Of a stretch of 64,000 bases of DNA, positions 39,201-49,914 are shown piece after piece. The stretch is taken from assembly GCA_040954595.2 (NCBI GenBank), contig CM082585.2:6163808-6227807 (forward strand). Reading direction: 5' to 3'. A program made the position numbers and the translations under genes. The DNA is from Balanoglossus misakiensis. Taxonomy: Eukaryota > Animalia > Hemichordata. The notes beneath the pieces are model-generated. The model saw nothing but the letters and a program-made list of their open reading frames with translations, ran no database searches and was not told the origin of the DNA. The number at the start of each line of letters is the position of its first letter. Position 1 is the first letter of the stretch.

Positions 39201-39965
39201 GACATCGTCCCTTACATCAGCCGCTGTACGGTGTGCGAGTCTCCGAAACAAGTGGTGGCTGTTCATAGTCAAGGCTTGGATGTGCCGCGCTGTCCCAGTG
39301 GCTGGGATGGTCTCTGGATTGGTTACAGTTTTGCTATGGTATGGATTTCGTTCCTGAATTCTCAATCATTATTAGATGAGCAAAACTGGTGACATGGTGA
39401 ATTCGGAATAATAAACAAACAATACATTGTAGTTTATTTTGTTATATACATGTACCCCACAATGACAAAAAAAATACCTAAACAAGCCTGCCTGTAATGA
39501 AAAGTTGAGATCTCGTAAATCACAAATTTTTGAAATCTTGGATTGGTACGCTATGATTGTTGATTTTCTTGAGTAGCTGACGTCAACAGCTCTTTGGAGT
39601 GAGATGATAAGATGTTTGTTTGCCAGGTCAACTTTATGGTAATCTTTTCTGTAGTTCAACCCAAGATTTCTCTCCAGAAATATAACGTGTGTATGATTTT
39701 TTTATCTCGACAGTACACCGCATCGGGCGCCGAGGGAGGCGGCCAGTCGCTGTCCAGTCCCGGCTCCTGCATGGAAGACTTCAGGGCCACCCCGTTCATC
39801 GAGTGCAACGGCCGGGGGATGTGCCACTTTTTCGCGAACAAGTTCAGTTTCTGGCTCGTCACCGTCGGCGACGACGAACAATTTGCCATACCCACGCCGC
39901 AGACTTTGAAAGCGGGCAATCTCAGAAGTCGCGTCAGCAGATGCCAAGTCTGTAGGAAACTATAA
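12262..39965 (+). CDS. COL4A2: Collagen type IV alpha-2-like chain (spliced, 5'-partial: signal-peptide exon not located)
   Basis: 38 GT-AG exons join in frame (4971 nt, ~1656 aa): 12262-12324, 15013-15147, 15585-15692, 16394-16453, 19177-19227, 19482-19535, 20060-20137, 20233-20325, 20721-20774, 21132-21194, 21526-21624, 22037-22102, 22218-22416, 22970-23146, 23278-23406, 23753-23934, 24347-24419, 24838-24935, 25558-25681, 26112-26534, 27043-27204, 31841-32005, 32300-32443, 32761-32895, 33183-33361, 33734-33797, 33980-34111, 34653-34742, 34931-35002, 35199-35324, 35869-35982, 36370-36522, 36731-36838, 37172-37321, 37775-37891, 38352-38543, 39052-39338, 39714-39965. 7S region [10 protein letters not shown]...[10 protein letters not shown], interrupted Gly-X-Y repeats, and C-terminal NC1. 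The motifs [32 protein letters not shown] and [11 protein letters not shown] are alpha2-type rather than alpha1-type. Confidence 0.95.
12341..12662 (+). repeat. Degenerate ~41-bp minisatellite with CCAATCAG core
   Basis: CCAAT/CCAAC cores at 12344, 12386, 12426, 12467, 12564, 12611, 12653. Confidence 0.75.
13023..13163. mobile_element. PIF/Harbinger (Tourist)-like MITE with poly-G/poly-C
   Basis: TTA|GGGGGAGAACCATTTGAT ... ATCAAATGGTTCCCCCC|TTA. Partial relatives start at ~31064 and ~36864. Confidence 0.7.
14472..14974. mobile_element. TTAA-targeting (Kolobok-like) non-autonomous DNA transposon
   Basis: TTAA|AGGCACGTAAGCTG ... CAGCTTACGTGCCT|TTAA; RR termini with TTAA TSD. Confidence 0.8.
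16629..18952 (-). mobile_element. 2.3-kb non-autonomous TIR DNA transposon (Academ-like) in a collagen intron
   Basis: Perfect 28-bp TIRs CAGTCGAGAAACTGGGTAGTGAATTTGC (16629-16656 / 18925-18952), 4-bp TSD TGAA on both sides, and an internal Cys-rich ORF remnant. The superfamily call is inference. Confidence 0.85.
17405..18244 (-). pseudogene. Transposon ORF remnant ending in a CXC/Cys-cluster zinc finger plus acidic tail, interrupted by an in-frame TGA
   Basis: Track ORFs 17657-18244 and 17405-17644 share a frame: ...[22 protein letters not shown]...[35 protein letters not shown]...EEE/DDD tail. Confidence 0.7.
19710..19864. mobile_element. TAG...CTA MITE with 9-bp TSD
   Basis: ACTCTCACT|TAGACTCTCTCACAGCCC ... 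GGGCTGTGAGAAAGTCTA|ACTCTCACT; same family as 38075-38204 (opposite orientation). Confidence 0.85.
20495..20581. mobile_element. ~85-bp piggyBac-like MITE (TTAA|CCC...GGG|TTAA family)
   Basis: CCCCTTCACC...CCATGGTGGTGAAAGGG|TTAA; left TSD degenerate (TTAT). Other copies at 38682-38773, 40631-40715, 56397-56481, 59334-59418. Confidence 0.75.
24996..25285. mobile_element. ~290-bp MITE (TTAA/Kolobok-like)
   Basis: TIRs AGCGCGTAGCTCGTCTCACACGCATG / CATGTGCGTGAGACGAGCTACGCGCT; near-identical inverted copy at 44787-45089, which has TTAA flanks. Confidence 0.8.
25349..25530. mobile_element. Fold-back MITE (cttcataag...cttatgaaaagg family)
   Basis: Long imperfect inverted arms (GCAGCCATCTTGAATGTGAACTCAAA / TTTGAGTTCAAATTCAAGATGGCTGC); second copy at ~30566-30746. 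Confidence 0.7.
26601..26805. mobile_element. TA-flanked Tc1/mariner-type MITE
   Basis: TA|CTGTAAAACACTTTATTTTCGCGAG ... CTCGCGAAAATAAAGCGTTTTACAG|TA; degenerate relative at ~23440-23658. Confidence 0.8.
30028..30270. mobile_element. Degenerate MITE with ~45-bp imperfect TIRs
   Basis: GGCCATTTTTGTGACCCCTACATGACCTTATATCCTCGTACTTCC pairs with GGAAGTACAAGGATGTATGGTCGTACAGGAGTCATGAAAGTGACC. Confidence 0.55.
30566..30746. mobile_element. Fold-back MITE, second copy of 25349-25530
   Basis: ACCCTTTTCATAAGT ... ACTTATGAAAAGGGT termini. Confidence 0.7.
34159..34503. mobile_element. TTAA-targeting (Kolobok-like) MITE with >100-bp TIRs
   Basis: AGGGACAAAGTCTCTCTCTCGCTGCCC ... GGGCAGCGAAAGAGAGACTTTGTCCCT|TTAA. 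Deleted copy at 35348-35536; right-half copy at ~43002-43220. Confidence 0.85.
35348..35536. mobile_element. Internally deleted copy of the 34159-34503 MITE
   Basis: TTAA|AGGGACAAAGTCTCTC ... GAGAGACTTTGTCCCT|TTAA. Confidence 0.8.
35984..36245 (+). repeat. ~130-bp direct tandem duplication starting at an intron donor
   Basis: TAAGTGATTCTCTT...TAAAAAATCTCATA at 35984-36120 and 36121-36245. Confidence 0.85.
38075..38204. mobile_element. TAG...CTA MITE with 10-bp TSD
   Basis: ACCAAGCTGT|TAGACTCTCTCACAGCCC ... GGGATGTGAGAGAGTCTA|ACCAAGCTGT. Confidence 0.85.
38352..39965 (+). other. NC1 (C4) domain-coding exons of the collagen IV chain
   Basis: [30 protein letters not shown]... / ...SRCTVCESP...LWIGYSFAM / [19 protein letters not shown]...[20 protein letters not shown]. 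Two C4 repeats; the sulfilimine Met (PMMP) and Lys (TLKAG) positions are present. Confidence 0.95.
38682..38773. mobile_element. ~85-bp piggyBac-like MITE copy
   Basis: CCCTTTCACC...GGACCAAACCATGGTGGTGAAAGGG; TSD degenerate. Confidence 0.7.
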
Positions 39966-40630
39966 AAAATCTGAAATTTGCCTCTTCTAAACATCGGTGG
40001 ACTCAAGATTATTTTTATGAAAAGTCGTCTAGAAGAATCTGTACATGCGGCACTTGTATAATAAATCTCATTTCGCTGACACAACATATTCAATTCCCGA
40101 TTTTAAGCTACAATTATGGACTCGAAATTTTGATGTTTTCTTATTTTATGACAAAACAATTTTAGGAAATAACATCTCTTTTAACCTGTTTTTAGCTATA
40201 TTTTTTTCTCGATGTGAATTTCTAATGGTGCTATTTACTATGTCATATACCGGCAAGCTGTTTTGAAAGGTGGCATGCCTGAACAGAAATATGGTGCTCA
40301 GTAATTGACCTATCTTCACAGACACTGGAAATTCGCCCGAGTTTCTGAAAATGATCTCAATTTTAGATGCGAGGTTTTATGTACCTAAAATCTAAACCAA
40401 ATACACACTGGACAGTGACCTTCAGTGACATTTTTGAGTAAAGTTAACTTGTGTAGTTTCCTAAACTTGTAAGAACTCTATCATTGTTCACACAATGATA
40501 TACACAAAAAATAACTCTGTATTCCAACGTAAATGGTGCACTGTTGCTGGCGTGATGAAAATTGATCAAGTTCCAAAGTCCAGCCTTCTAGTAATCCTGT
40601 ACGGTTTACTGGAAATGGCACTCGTTTTAA

Positions 40631-40715
40631 CCCTATCACCCCTGTATCCATTTGTAGAGGTCCAACTGTGGCACAGAAAACAATAGATTTGGACCAAACC
40701 ATTGTGGTGAAAGGG
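40631..40715. mobile_element. ~85-bp piggyBac-like MITE copy (probably in the collagen 3' UTR)
   Basis: TTAA|CCCTATCACCCC...GTGGTGAAAGGG|TTAA. Confidence 0.75.
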
Positions 40716-41963
40716 TTAAACTTAACTGATCAAGGATTTCAAGTGCTGCAAATGACAAAACAATCATGATGCTCGTTGTCGAATTGTCGGTGTTAAGATC
40801 CCATTTTACAAGATCAGTGCGATGTTTTTCATTGGTAATCTTGAACTTTGTTATTAAAAAACTAATTTCATCAGATTTTAAACTATGCATTATTTAAAAC
40901 AGTAAAAATTATTTGTCTTATTCCACACATTTTGGTTTTTAGCCACTATGTCTTAAAATTTCAAAATCTTCCATGACTTTTTCTCTTAGCTTAGAATGTT
41001 TATATTTGTTGTTATGGGCGAGGTTGTTTTCCCTATGCTTATCAGTACAGACTGAAATATAAAGAATGGTTTTTAATTCAGCTTTTTTTTTTGAAGATTC
41101 ATTTTAACCACTGTACCTCTGTATTTTACCAGGTCATTTTGTCAGCTTAATTGTAGTCAAAGTCTGTGTACACACGTTCATTTTTATACAAGTTTTTCAC
41201 GGGTGAGCTGTGTCTTGTCTGTTTCTGATCAGAATATGTTGTGGGAAGTTCTCGGTGATGACACAAAGACTGTACACATTGTCGATAGTGTATTCATGTA
41301 GCTGGTATAGAGACTGAAAGATGGGGCTTCTGAGAATTTAAAGAACCGAGAGTTGAACAAAAGCCTCTCTCAAGGGTTAATTAATTCCCATGTATGACAG
41401 TAATCAACTAAACTTACAAGTGACAAAGCGTTCGGTCTAACTGCTGCATAAGCATCTGAAATATATCATCACTAGATCACCGAAATTAAAGAATTCCCTT
41501 TTCCCCAGTGTCGCCATGGTGATATCAAAGTAACATTTACTTCACGGTATTGTCATGGAAAGGTCATAGTTGGGACCAAACATGAATCACTAAGTTTTAA
41601 GACAGTTTTAGCATTTCTCTGATTTTGAGAAAATCTTTTTTTTTCTTTCTTAGGTATTCAGCCAATATTTAAGTAGCTATACCCCAACCATAACTTTCTT
41701 CCACAACGATCGTATGAAGTATAGTGATAGTTGTATGCCCATAAAGACTTGAAAACTTTCCATACCATTCTATGTAGTGTCAGAGAACCACAGATATTGA
41801 TTTGTCTCCTGTAAGTTTTTTTTGTGTATTAATTTTTTCGTAAAATAAATTGTGACTGATCTCCGTATAACAAAATCACAGCTGTCTGCTTGTATTTATG
41901 TAAACAGGGTTAACCCTTCACATATTGTAGATTTACAACTTTGTGGGTGCCCCAGTTAAGACA

Positions 41964-42035
41964 TGATGATGATGATGATGATGATGGTGATGGTGATGGT
42001 GATGATGATGGTGATGATGATGATGATGATGATGA
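41964..42035. repeat. (GAT/GGT)n microsatellite
   Basis: Direct reading. Confidence 0.9.
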
Positions 42036-42243
42036 TAGGTTCTTATTATATAGTACACTCATGCACAAAAATTCATGATCAAGACACTTTAATACAATTA
42101 TTTTTATTATTCAACGCCCTAGTATGTGTCATAAGTCTTTAAGCAATCAGAGCATAAAAACCGGAAAACTCCATAATCCCATGGTTGCCAATTGCTCTTC
42201 TGTCCCCCCCCCCACCCTTATATGAAATGGGTTACCCCTATGT

Positions 42244-42284
42244 GGTCACCTGACAGTCACAAGAAAGGTCGACGGTCACCTGAC
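42244..42284. promoter_or_regulatory. Twin GGTCACCTGAC E-boxes (CLEAR-like) upstream of NHLRC3
   Basis: Two identical 11-mers at 42244 and 42274, 35-75 nt before the ATG; one mismatch from the CLEAR consensus GTCACGTGAC. Confidence 0.5.
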
Positions 42285-42318
42285 TGAGGTCAAACTCCCA
42301 TCGTACACACACAGCAAC

Positions 42319-44610
42319 ATGAAGACCTTCGTCCAGTGTCTCTGTTGTCTTTTGCTCGGTGTGCTTGCATTTTTCGGCCACCTTTGCTGTTCGTCACCGC
42401 CGCTGTATGTCTTAGACCCACTCTGGCCGAAGCAACCGTCAATATTCAAAGGTCAGATCTTCAGCGCAGCCGTGGACCCCAAACACTCGGAAGTGTATGT
42501 CAGTCAGGTAGGCGGGCGTGTACTGTTATTTTGCTATCACTGTTTTACATGTAAAAGAACTTGAAGACTAAGTTGAGGACCTATTCATTTTCTGTGAAAG
42601 ATGGCGATACATCCAGCAATGGTCAGCGAGATTTGCTGTCTATTTTCTGAATCTACTACGAAGTACGAAGGACAATAATGATGGCAACGGTAATGGTATA
42701 TGAGAGAATCAAATAGGATTTGAGAGACTATGAGTATAAGATTGAACGTTTGTTCTTGAATTTTTTTTGTAGAGAGGTGACGGACTAGATCCAGTCCTTG
42801 TTTTCTCAGACGACGGAGAATTCAAGCGTTCCTTTCCCAACAATATTACTCTCGTAGATACAATTCATGGAAGTCGTATGCACTACAACGCAACCACGAA
42901 AACATCTCAGCTATGGCTCGCAGATATTGGAATATTAAATTGTAAGTAATGATCTTTCCCTAGAAGTGTACTATTTTGTGAATAACAAGCCCAACCTTTT
43001 GTAGGATATGAGAGTAAAATTCCCGCCAAAATGAATAAACGTTAGAGACCATTTATTCATTTTGGCGAGTTTTTTTCACTCTTGTGTCTACAAGTGGGAT
43101 AGAAGTTACGCGTGGTTGAATGTTGATTCATTATATATACACATGTAGAATAACATAAATGGTGTCTTGTATCTATCATAATAAATGGAAAAAGGGCAGC
43201 GTGAGAGAGACTTTGTCCCTTTAAATGAAGTTCAGAAATGTAATTTCTATATTTTTTTTAACTATACAGCAACTACAGGTCACACAGTGAAACAGATGTC
43301 CCCAGAGGGGAAACTACTTCAGTTGATCGGCACACCAGGAAAAGCAGGCACCTCATTGAAACCACTGCAGTTCGATCACGTAGCCGACATCGCGTTCAGT
43401 CAACAAGGAGAAATCTTCATCGCTGATGGTGACGGTGGTCTCAACAATAGAGTTTTGAAACTAAAGAAAGGTAGCTAAAAATCTGCCCCTGTGATTTCTG
43501 GTTTTACAAAAGTTTGAAAATAATTCTGCTTTGCGCGGTATGAAGCAATAGATTCAAACCTTGTAAATTTTTACAAGAAACGTGTTCTCCATAAAGTAAG
43601 TCATAATAATGTATGAAAAGATTTAATGTCTGATTCTCTTGTGGTGAAATTCCAGACTTCTCCCTGGAGTGGCACGTGGGAAGCAGTGGGAAAGGCCCCG
43701 GGCAGTTCAACATTCCGCACAGCATCGAGGTGGATCAGTTCGGACAGGTCTGGGTTGCCGACCGGAAAAACAACCGGACCCAGGTGTTCGATCCGAGCAC
43801 CGGTAAATACCTGGGGGAGTGGAGCGATTGCTTCAAGAGCGGACAGCCCTATGCAATTCGGTGAGTTCTCAGTGTGCTGTTGTTTTTGTTTTGTCTTGTA
43901 TGTGTTTGTGTTTATGTTTGTGTGCACTGCAACATTCCAATGGCAATCCAAGCTGGTTATATAATATGGGAGTCACGCACGCACCATTAAAGACGGTTCT
44001 GAAGCGTCTCAGATCATAAACTGCCTTAAAAAAGCGTGTGAACGGTTTAAGTGGTCCTGAAACATCTCAGATTTGAGACGTCTTTGCCGGCCAGACCTGA
44101 ACCTGTGTAAGGATTAACACCTCTCTCCGCAACCCATTGTCTATGGGGCCGAGTCTCAGCGCTTATACCAGCACCCGGGGCTCTTACCCGGGCAAGTACG
44201 GTACATGAACTTTGTGTGTGTGGACACAACGCGACTCAAAGGATTAATGCTCTGTGTTTACCCATAGGCAAATAGTGTCTCAAATTTTACCCTGTGTGAA
44301 CCTGGTAAAAGTTGTTTGCAAACTGCTCATCCTTTGTAAGGAACATACTCTGTCATTCGTGTCATTTTCTTACAGAATGAGCGCCGATAAATCGCACTTT
44401 ATTATTCTACAACTTCAAGAGAACAGAATCTTGTTCGTCTCCACCCCCAGCAGTCCCGGTAACCCTGGCAACTGTAATGTGATCGGTCACATTCAGCTGG
44501 CTCCAGACCTGAAACCTCATCTGCTGGCCGTCAATGAGAACACGGGGTCGTTCTATGTTGCTGAAATAGGGGGAGATGCTTGTCAAAAGTATGTTCCTTA
44601 CAAAGGATAG
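42319..44610 (+). CDS. NHLRC3: NHL repeat-containing protein 3-like (secreted/lysosomal NHL beta-propeller, PAL-related), 5 exons, ~332 aa
   Basis: Exons 42319-42507, 42773-42941, 43270-43470, 43656-43860, 44376-44610 (999 nt, in frame). Signal peptide MKTFVQCLCCLLLGVLAFFG, then LDPLWPK, GTPGKAGTSLKPLQFD, IADGDGGLNNR, GPGQFNIPHSI, VWVADRKNNRTQVF, KPHLLAV, YVAEIG. Confidence 0.9.
43002..43220. mobile_element. Truncated copy of the 34159-34503 MITE in NHLRC3 intron 2
   Basis: Ends GGGCAGCGTGAGAGAGACTTTGTCCCT|TTAA. Confidence 0.75.
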
Positions 44611-44786
44611 TGTAAATAGATGTTTGTCCCGGGGTTGTTTTTATCTTCACCACTTTTTGTACCTATATCGAGTGAATTTAAATTTTCCATGTCATGACAC
44701 AGGGCTGAACTTCAGAAAATCTTGAACAAGCTCCAGACAGAGGGGACACTAACTTCAATACAGTCAAAGTTTTTGCCTTGCGTTAA

Positions 44787-45089
44787 AGGCAGTAGATCGT
44801 CTCACGCGCATGCGCGTAACTTCCCAGCAAATTTTCCGTTCGATGCATTCAAATAGTGGACTGCCTTCGCTTCCTTCCATATTTCATGCGCACCGTATAA
44901 AGTAGATTCTGGTTTTGTCCCTCCTTTTCACCCAAGCTGGTGTCTTTTCACGATCTCCGACACAGATTATGGTCGCCGCCATCTTCTCTGTTGTTAGGAC
45001 AGAGCACTGCCTTATGGGATTGACTGTTCACTAAACGTCTGTAACCAGCGGCTACAGCTGGAACATGCGTGTGAGACGAGCTAGGCGCT
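44787..45089. mobile_element. ~300-bp MITE, inverted copy of 24996-25285
   Basis: TTAA flanks on both sides; reverse-complement match over the whole length. Confidence 0.8.
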
Positions 45090-46791
45090 TTAATTGCCGA
45101 CAAATATGATACATGTCTTCTTGCTGAAAATGTCAAGCAATATGTCTATTTTTATATGTGCTGTTTAAAACACAGTAATGCAGATCATCTTTATATGGGA
45201 AATAAAAAATGATGAAAAAAGATGATTTGGACTTGTCAATAATAATAAAGATGAAACACAGTGTTTAGACATCGTTTTTTCTAAAAATGCATCAGACCAC
45301 GTGTCCCAGTTGAAATCGTCCTTGTAATATAAATCTTATCAATATCGTTCATATTAAGAACAGATTAAAAATTAAACGAAGTTATCTGAAATTACGTTGT
45401 CACGTTTTAGTAACCGTGATATAAGATTATAGCCTACAGAATTTGAACGCCCAAAATAATTATGAATAATATTGGGATGGGGTTTGTTTCTAGTGAGATC
45501 AAAAGACCAACGAAGTTAATATTGTGATATTTTATCATGTATAGCAAAATTAATTTCAATGTATTTCTGCACCTAACTGTGGAAAATACGAACCGTGAAG
45601 TCACGTGTCATTTAAAAATTAAACGAATGTAAAATCACGAGACATCGCACGCGTTTTGGTGTGGGTTACATAAGATTACAATATAGGCCTCTATTATTAT
45701 TTACTTTTGAAGTTTTTGTCATCTGCGATTTTCTCACACATCGTATGATAGCATCGATATCGCAAGGTGAATTTAGTGGAGAGGTTACGACTGTTGTGAC
45801 ATTACGGGGGAAAGTACCATATTGTCCTTCCTCAAAACGCCAGAGGATATACACTTTCAATAGAACTGTAAAATATAGCATTACAATATAAATATACATT
45901 TTTAATAGTGGTCCGAGTCAAAACGTTGTACACTCAGACATCTTTATTTATTCTCAAACCTCGACACGGACCGATGCTTAAACAGAAATTCCGTCACACA
46001 CACTCACACAGACAAACAGAGAAATATTTCAATGGTTTGTTTTTCCATTATCATGTCTGAAACGAATGTCATTTCCACCAGATAGTTTGCGTTCAATACT
46101 GACACAGAATCGCTAATGGCTCCCTTGAGTACCATTTCCAGAGATGCGGTTTTTCGATAAAAAAAAACATTATTCTATACCCATGGGAATACGATGCCAA
46201 GTTTTCCTTGCAAAGCATATCAAGATCAGCATATTTCGATATTATATTTTTTCGTATCACTTCAAAAATTCTTACCTCTCGTACATAATCCAGAAAATGA
46301 GGAAAAAGCTCTTTGAAAATTATGTGTTTTGAGAAAAACTCAAGTAACGTCGATTAGACCGTGTTTTGACGATATACGTACTAGCGACTCGCCTTTGACC
46401 GCGGTTGGCATATCAGTACATTAACAAACTCATCTAAACCATATACTGTGAGCCCGCATGTTATTGTAAACTAGGTTTCGTAGTTAGCAAAGGCGTTAGT
46501 CTTATCGCCATCACCTTCTTTGTATTTGGTCTTTCTTTTTAAATATTTTTGTTTGCAAGTTGTAATTTGCACTGTTATATTTAATCGGTATGGCCTAAAA
46601 CGCAGGCGCGGTTTTCAGCCGCACGAAAACAAATGACTTGTCACGTGCTTTATCTTTTGCCATCTGAGTGTAACTGAACATTCTGCGTTGTTATCTCGAC
46701 ATCCTTTTCTTCCGAAATGATTAAACTGATATCTTGTAAGGCGATTAAGGAACTAGACGATGACGTATCTGATTGGAAACGATGGGTTTTG

Positions 46792-46799
46792 TATAAATA
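46792..46799 (+). promoter_or_regulatory. TATA box of lipase copy 1
   Basis: TATAAATA ~60 nt upstream of ATG 46854, conserved at the same position in copy 2. Confidence 0.7.
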
Positions 46800-46853
46800 T
46801 TGCCTTGTAAACCGTTATTCTTCACTCTCACGGCGGACCTACAGAGCATCAAC

Positions 46854-49218
46854 ATGAAATCTTTGATCACCATTTCGCTTTTCTGCTGCTTGCAGACATG
46901 TAAGTTTAAACGATTTCATACTCTTTCGCGTCTCCTGTCGTCCGCAGTTTAAGTAGAGGGGAGGTTGTTTCAAATGCGTCAATTTTTGTTGTGTGTTTAT
47001 AAGACACAGCGATATAGTCTGATAATAATGTCATCAGCATTTTGGCCCTCCGTCGTTTGCTGCATGCAGCATGGAAGTAAACTTATTCTGGGACCATTAA
47101 TTCTCGCCATCATCTAGAAATATCTTGTATTAGTACAATTTTTCTACTTTAAAATTTCAAAGCCGCTAATAACGACACACAGAAACTTTTCGTCTTGTAA
47201 GCTTTATACTTTCTTATTCTGGACAGGTTTTGCGGCCAATTTTCCGGTCGAGTTCCGATTGTTCACTCGTTCGAACAGCAACAGTTACCAGGTTGTCAGC
47301 ACCGGCTCCAAGACCTCGCTGACCAACTCCAACTTCAACAAATACAAGGACACCAAGTTCATCACCCATGGTTACACGGAAAGCGCCAGCACCAGCGCCT
47401 GGATGACAAAAATGAAAGATGAACTTCTGGTTTACGTAAGTCCGTGCATAATAACTTCAAAAAATATGACTATGGCTGTACGCATGCGCCGGCGCGCACT
47501 CAAGAAAAGCGCTGCAAATCGTTGTTTTTCGTCGAAATGGTCAGCTTGGATAATGACCATTATATACGTCGACCCCAAAGATGGTTATCAAAGGCTGTCT
47601 GCATGCATTGCAAGAATATGAGTTCTAAAGGAGCGCAAAATCTACATTATGTTTGCGCTTACCTGAATGCTATTTGTACTTTAGCTATATCATGTAATAT
47701 AATTGCAAAATTGACCCATTTTGTGTAATTTCCGCTGTTTTGTTCTGAAAAGTACTTTACGAAAATGCGTTTCTTGATTCGCGCTCGCAGGGAGACTACA
47801 ATGTATTCTTGGTGGATTGGCAAGAAGGCGCGGACGCAATCAGGTATGACGTCAGCGCCGACAACGCAGATCTGACTGGCGAAGAAATTTACTGGTTTAT
47901 TAACTTTCTGAAGACTTCCGTTGGCTACTCCGAAAGCAGAGTTCATTTGATTGGATTCAGTCTCGGCGCCCAGGCTTCCGGATCTGCTGGAAAACGCATG
48001 CCAAGTATTGCCAGAATTTCGGGTAAGATAGACAGACAGAGCTGAATATTTAGCCTAGGTTTCTTTATCGGACAGTCCCAAGATACTGAAATTTGAAGAC
48101 AAAGCTTACATGTCAAAATAATTTGAGAAACCGTCTTTTTGGAACACAATTTTGACAGTTTCTTCACACGACCTTACCACATGAGCAATATGCACGTGTT
48201 CGGCTCTGTGCATACCGAAGTCAGATTAATGAAATTCGAGAGATACTAGAACCACAAAGTTTTTGTCTTCTTAGTCAAACTTGGTGCTACATAATTTTTC
48301 ATCATTTTAGGACTGGATCCTGCTGGTCCAGGGTTTGATAATTACGGCAATGACAGGAAGTTAGATGCTAGCGACGCACAGTTCGTTGATATCATCCACG
48401 TCGACGGTAACACTCTTGGAGGCGCAGGGTGCTGGTATCCTGTAGGTAGCGATTTTAACATACAGCATGTTTATGACGTCAACCCTGTCTATAGCGGCCA
48501 ATAGAGGGACTTTCATAAATTGGCCTCCAGACTGGTCCGAAGAAATAAATGCACAATGTATAGATTGCACTGGGTTGTAAACAAAGCGCCACTATAGACA
48601 TTGTGTATGAGTCGATAAAACCATAGACCCTCGAGGGTCTATGATAAAACCTATACACCCTTTTCATTATTTTCAGAGTGGCCACGTTGATTTCTATCCC
48701 AATGGTGGACAGGGACAGCCAGCCTGTGGTATTGGTAAAAGAGACGTCAGCGCTACCGGAGGTAAGTTCTTTTGGAAGTCGAAGCAGCATTAACCCAAGA
48801 AAAGTATACAATGTAGTACACTAAAATTTTTGTTATACAGTAGTATACTACAGCTGACGCCGCTGGACATCTTCAGGCGCCTTAGCCTCGGTTACCCACA
48901 CGCCTTTGCTTCTTCCGCTGGAAGCAAAGGCGTCTGGGTAACCGAGACTACAGGCGCCTGTTGCACATACCCAAAGCTTGACTCCATTTTTGATCTCTAT
49001 CGCCTGCAGATCTTGGTTGCGACCACATGATGGCGCCCGAGTATTACATCGAATCCATCAACGTGAATTGCAACTACCAGTCCTACCCCTGTGCCCATGG
49101 CGACGCTTGCTATTCCTGTGGTTCTGGGTGCAACCGCATGGGTTTCCACGCCACCAATAGTCCGTCCGGGGTATTCTACCTGGAGACAAACTCACGAAGC
49201 ACATATTGCCAGAATTAA
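46854..49218 (+). CDS. Pancreatic lipase-family / phospholipase A1-like protein, copy 1 (6 exons, ~303 aa, no PLAT domain)
   Basis: Exons 46854-46899, 47227-47435, 47791-48022, 48311-48441, 48677-48761, 49010-49218 (912 nt). Signal peptide MKSLITISLFCCLQTCFA; motifs KFITHGY, NVFLVDW, HLIGFSLGAQ (Ser), RISGLDPAGP (Asp), FVDIIH, GHVDFYPNGG, CDH (His). Confidence 0.92.
48883..48950. mobile_element. 68-bp hairpin micro-MITE (TAG...CTA) with 9-bp TSD
   Basis: 30-bp arms (2 mismatches), 8-nt loop, flanked by CAGGCGCCT on both sides; in lipase 1 intron 5. Confidence 0.85.
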
Positions 49219-49914
49219 TAAACACTGGCAAGGAGAAAAACGCGTACCTAATGTAGCCGGGCTGAATGACTTATCAAGCTTAAATCCGGTGATTGTATGT
49301 GACATCCAAGAAGATACGTACTATATCACACAAAGATACAATTCGAAATATTTGAAAATTCATTACAAGTTGTTGTTGTTGTTAACCAACTATAATACGA
49401 CAATAAAAACAAGGATAGTTTCAAAAAACCCTGGTAAATTCTTGTTCAAAGTGCATGGGTTTGTGCAATCTGATTAAAATACGATGTAGGGTACAACGAC
49501 ATCTTTTACTTGATAGAGGGCGCATCGCTTCTCATAGCACTGCTGAAAAGTTCACTAAAAACATAAAGCAATCTTGCTAAAAATGTCCAGCAATACGTGT
49601 ACTTTTATATGAACTGTTGGAAACACAGTGGTTCAAATCATCTTTATATGGTAAATAAAAAATGATGAAAAAAAGATATTTTTGTCCACTTTTAAACTGT
49701 TGAGGTGCTTTCTCCTGTCTAGATATCTGTAAAACTGACGATCTTGTAAATTTACTCACTGGTATAACTCTTATACGGGAATAAAATGACCATTTCAGCA
49801 AGTTCCTGTCTTACTTTCTCTAAATTTTAATACCACCGACACCGGTACTGGTACCGCAAATATAGAAAGCATCTTCCAGCTAGCCATTTTCTATCGATTC
49901 CTTTTCTTCACAAG

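Noticed and set aside
48725-48745. Functional link between the lipase GKR (amidation-like signal) and the neighbouring PAL-like NHLRC3
   Set aside because: Copy 2 has AKR, not GKR; the NHL protein lacks the PAL catalytic Tyr; and gene adjacency in animals is weak evidence.
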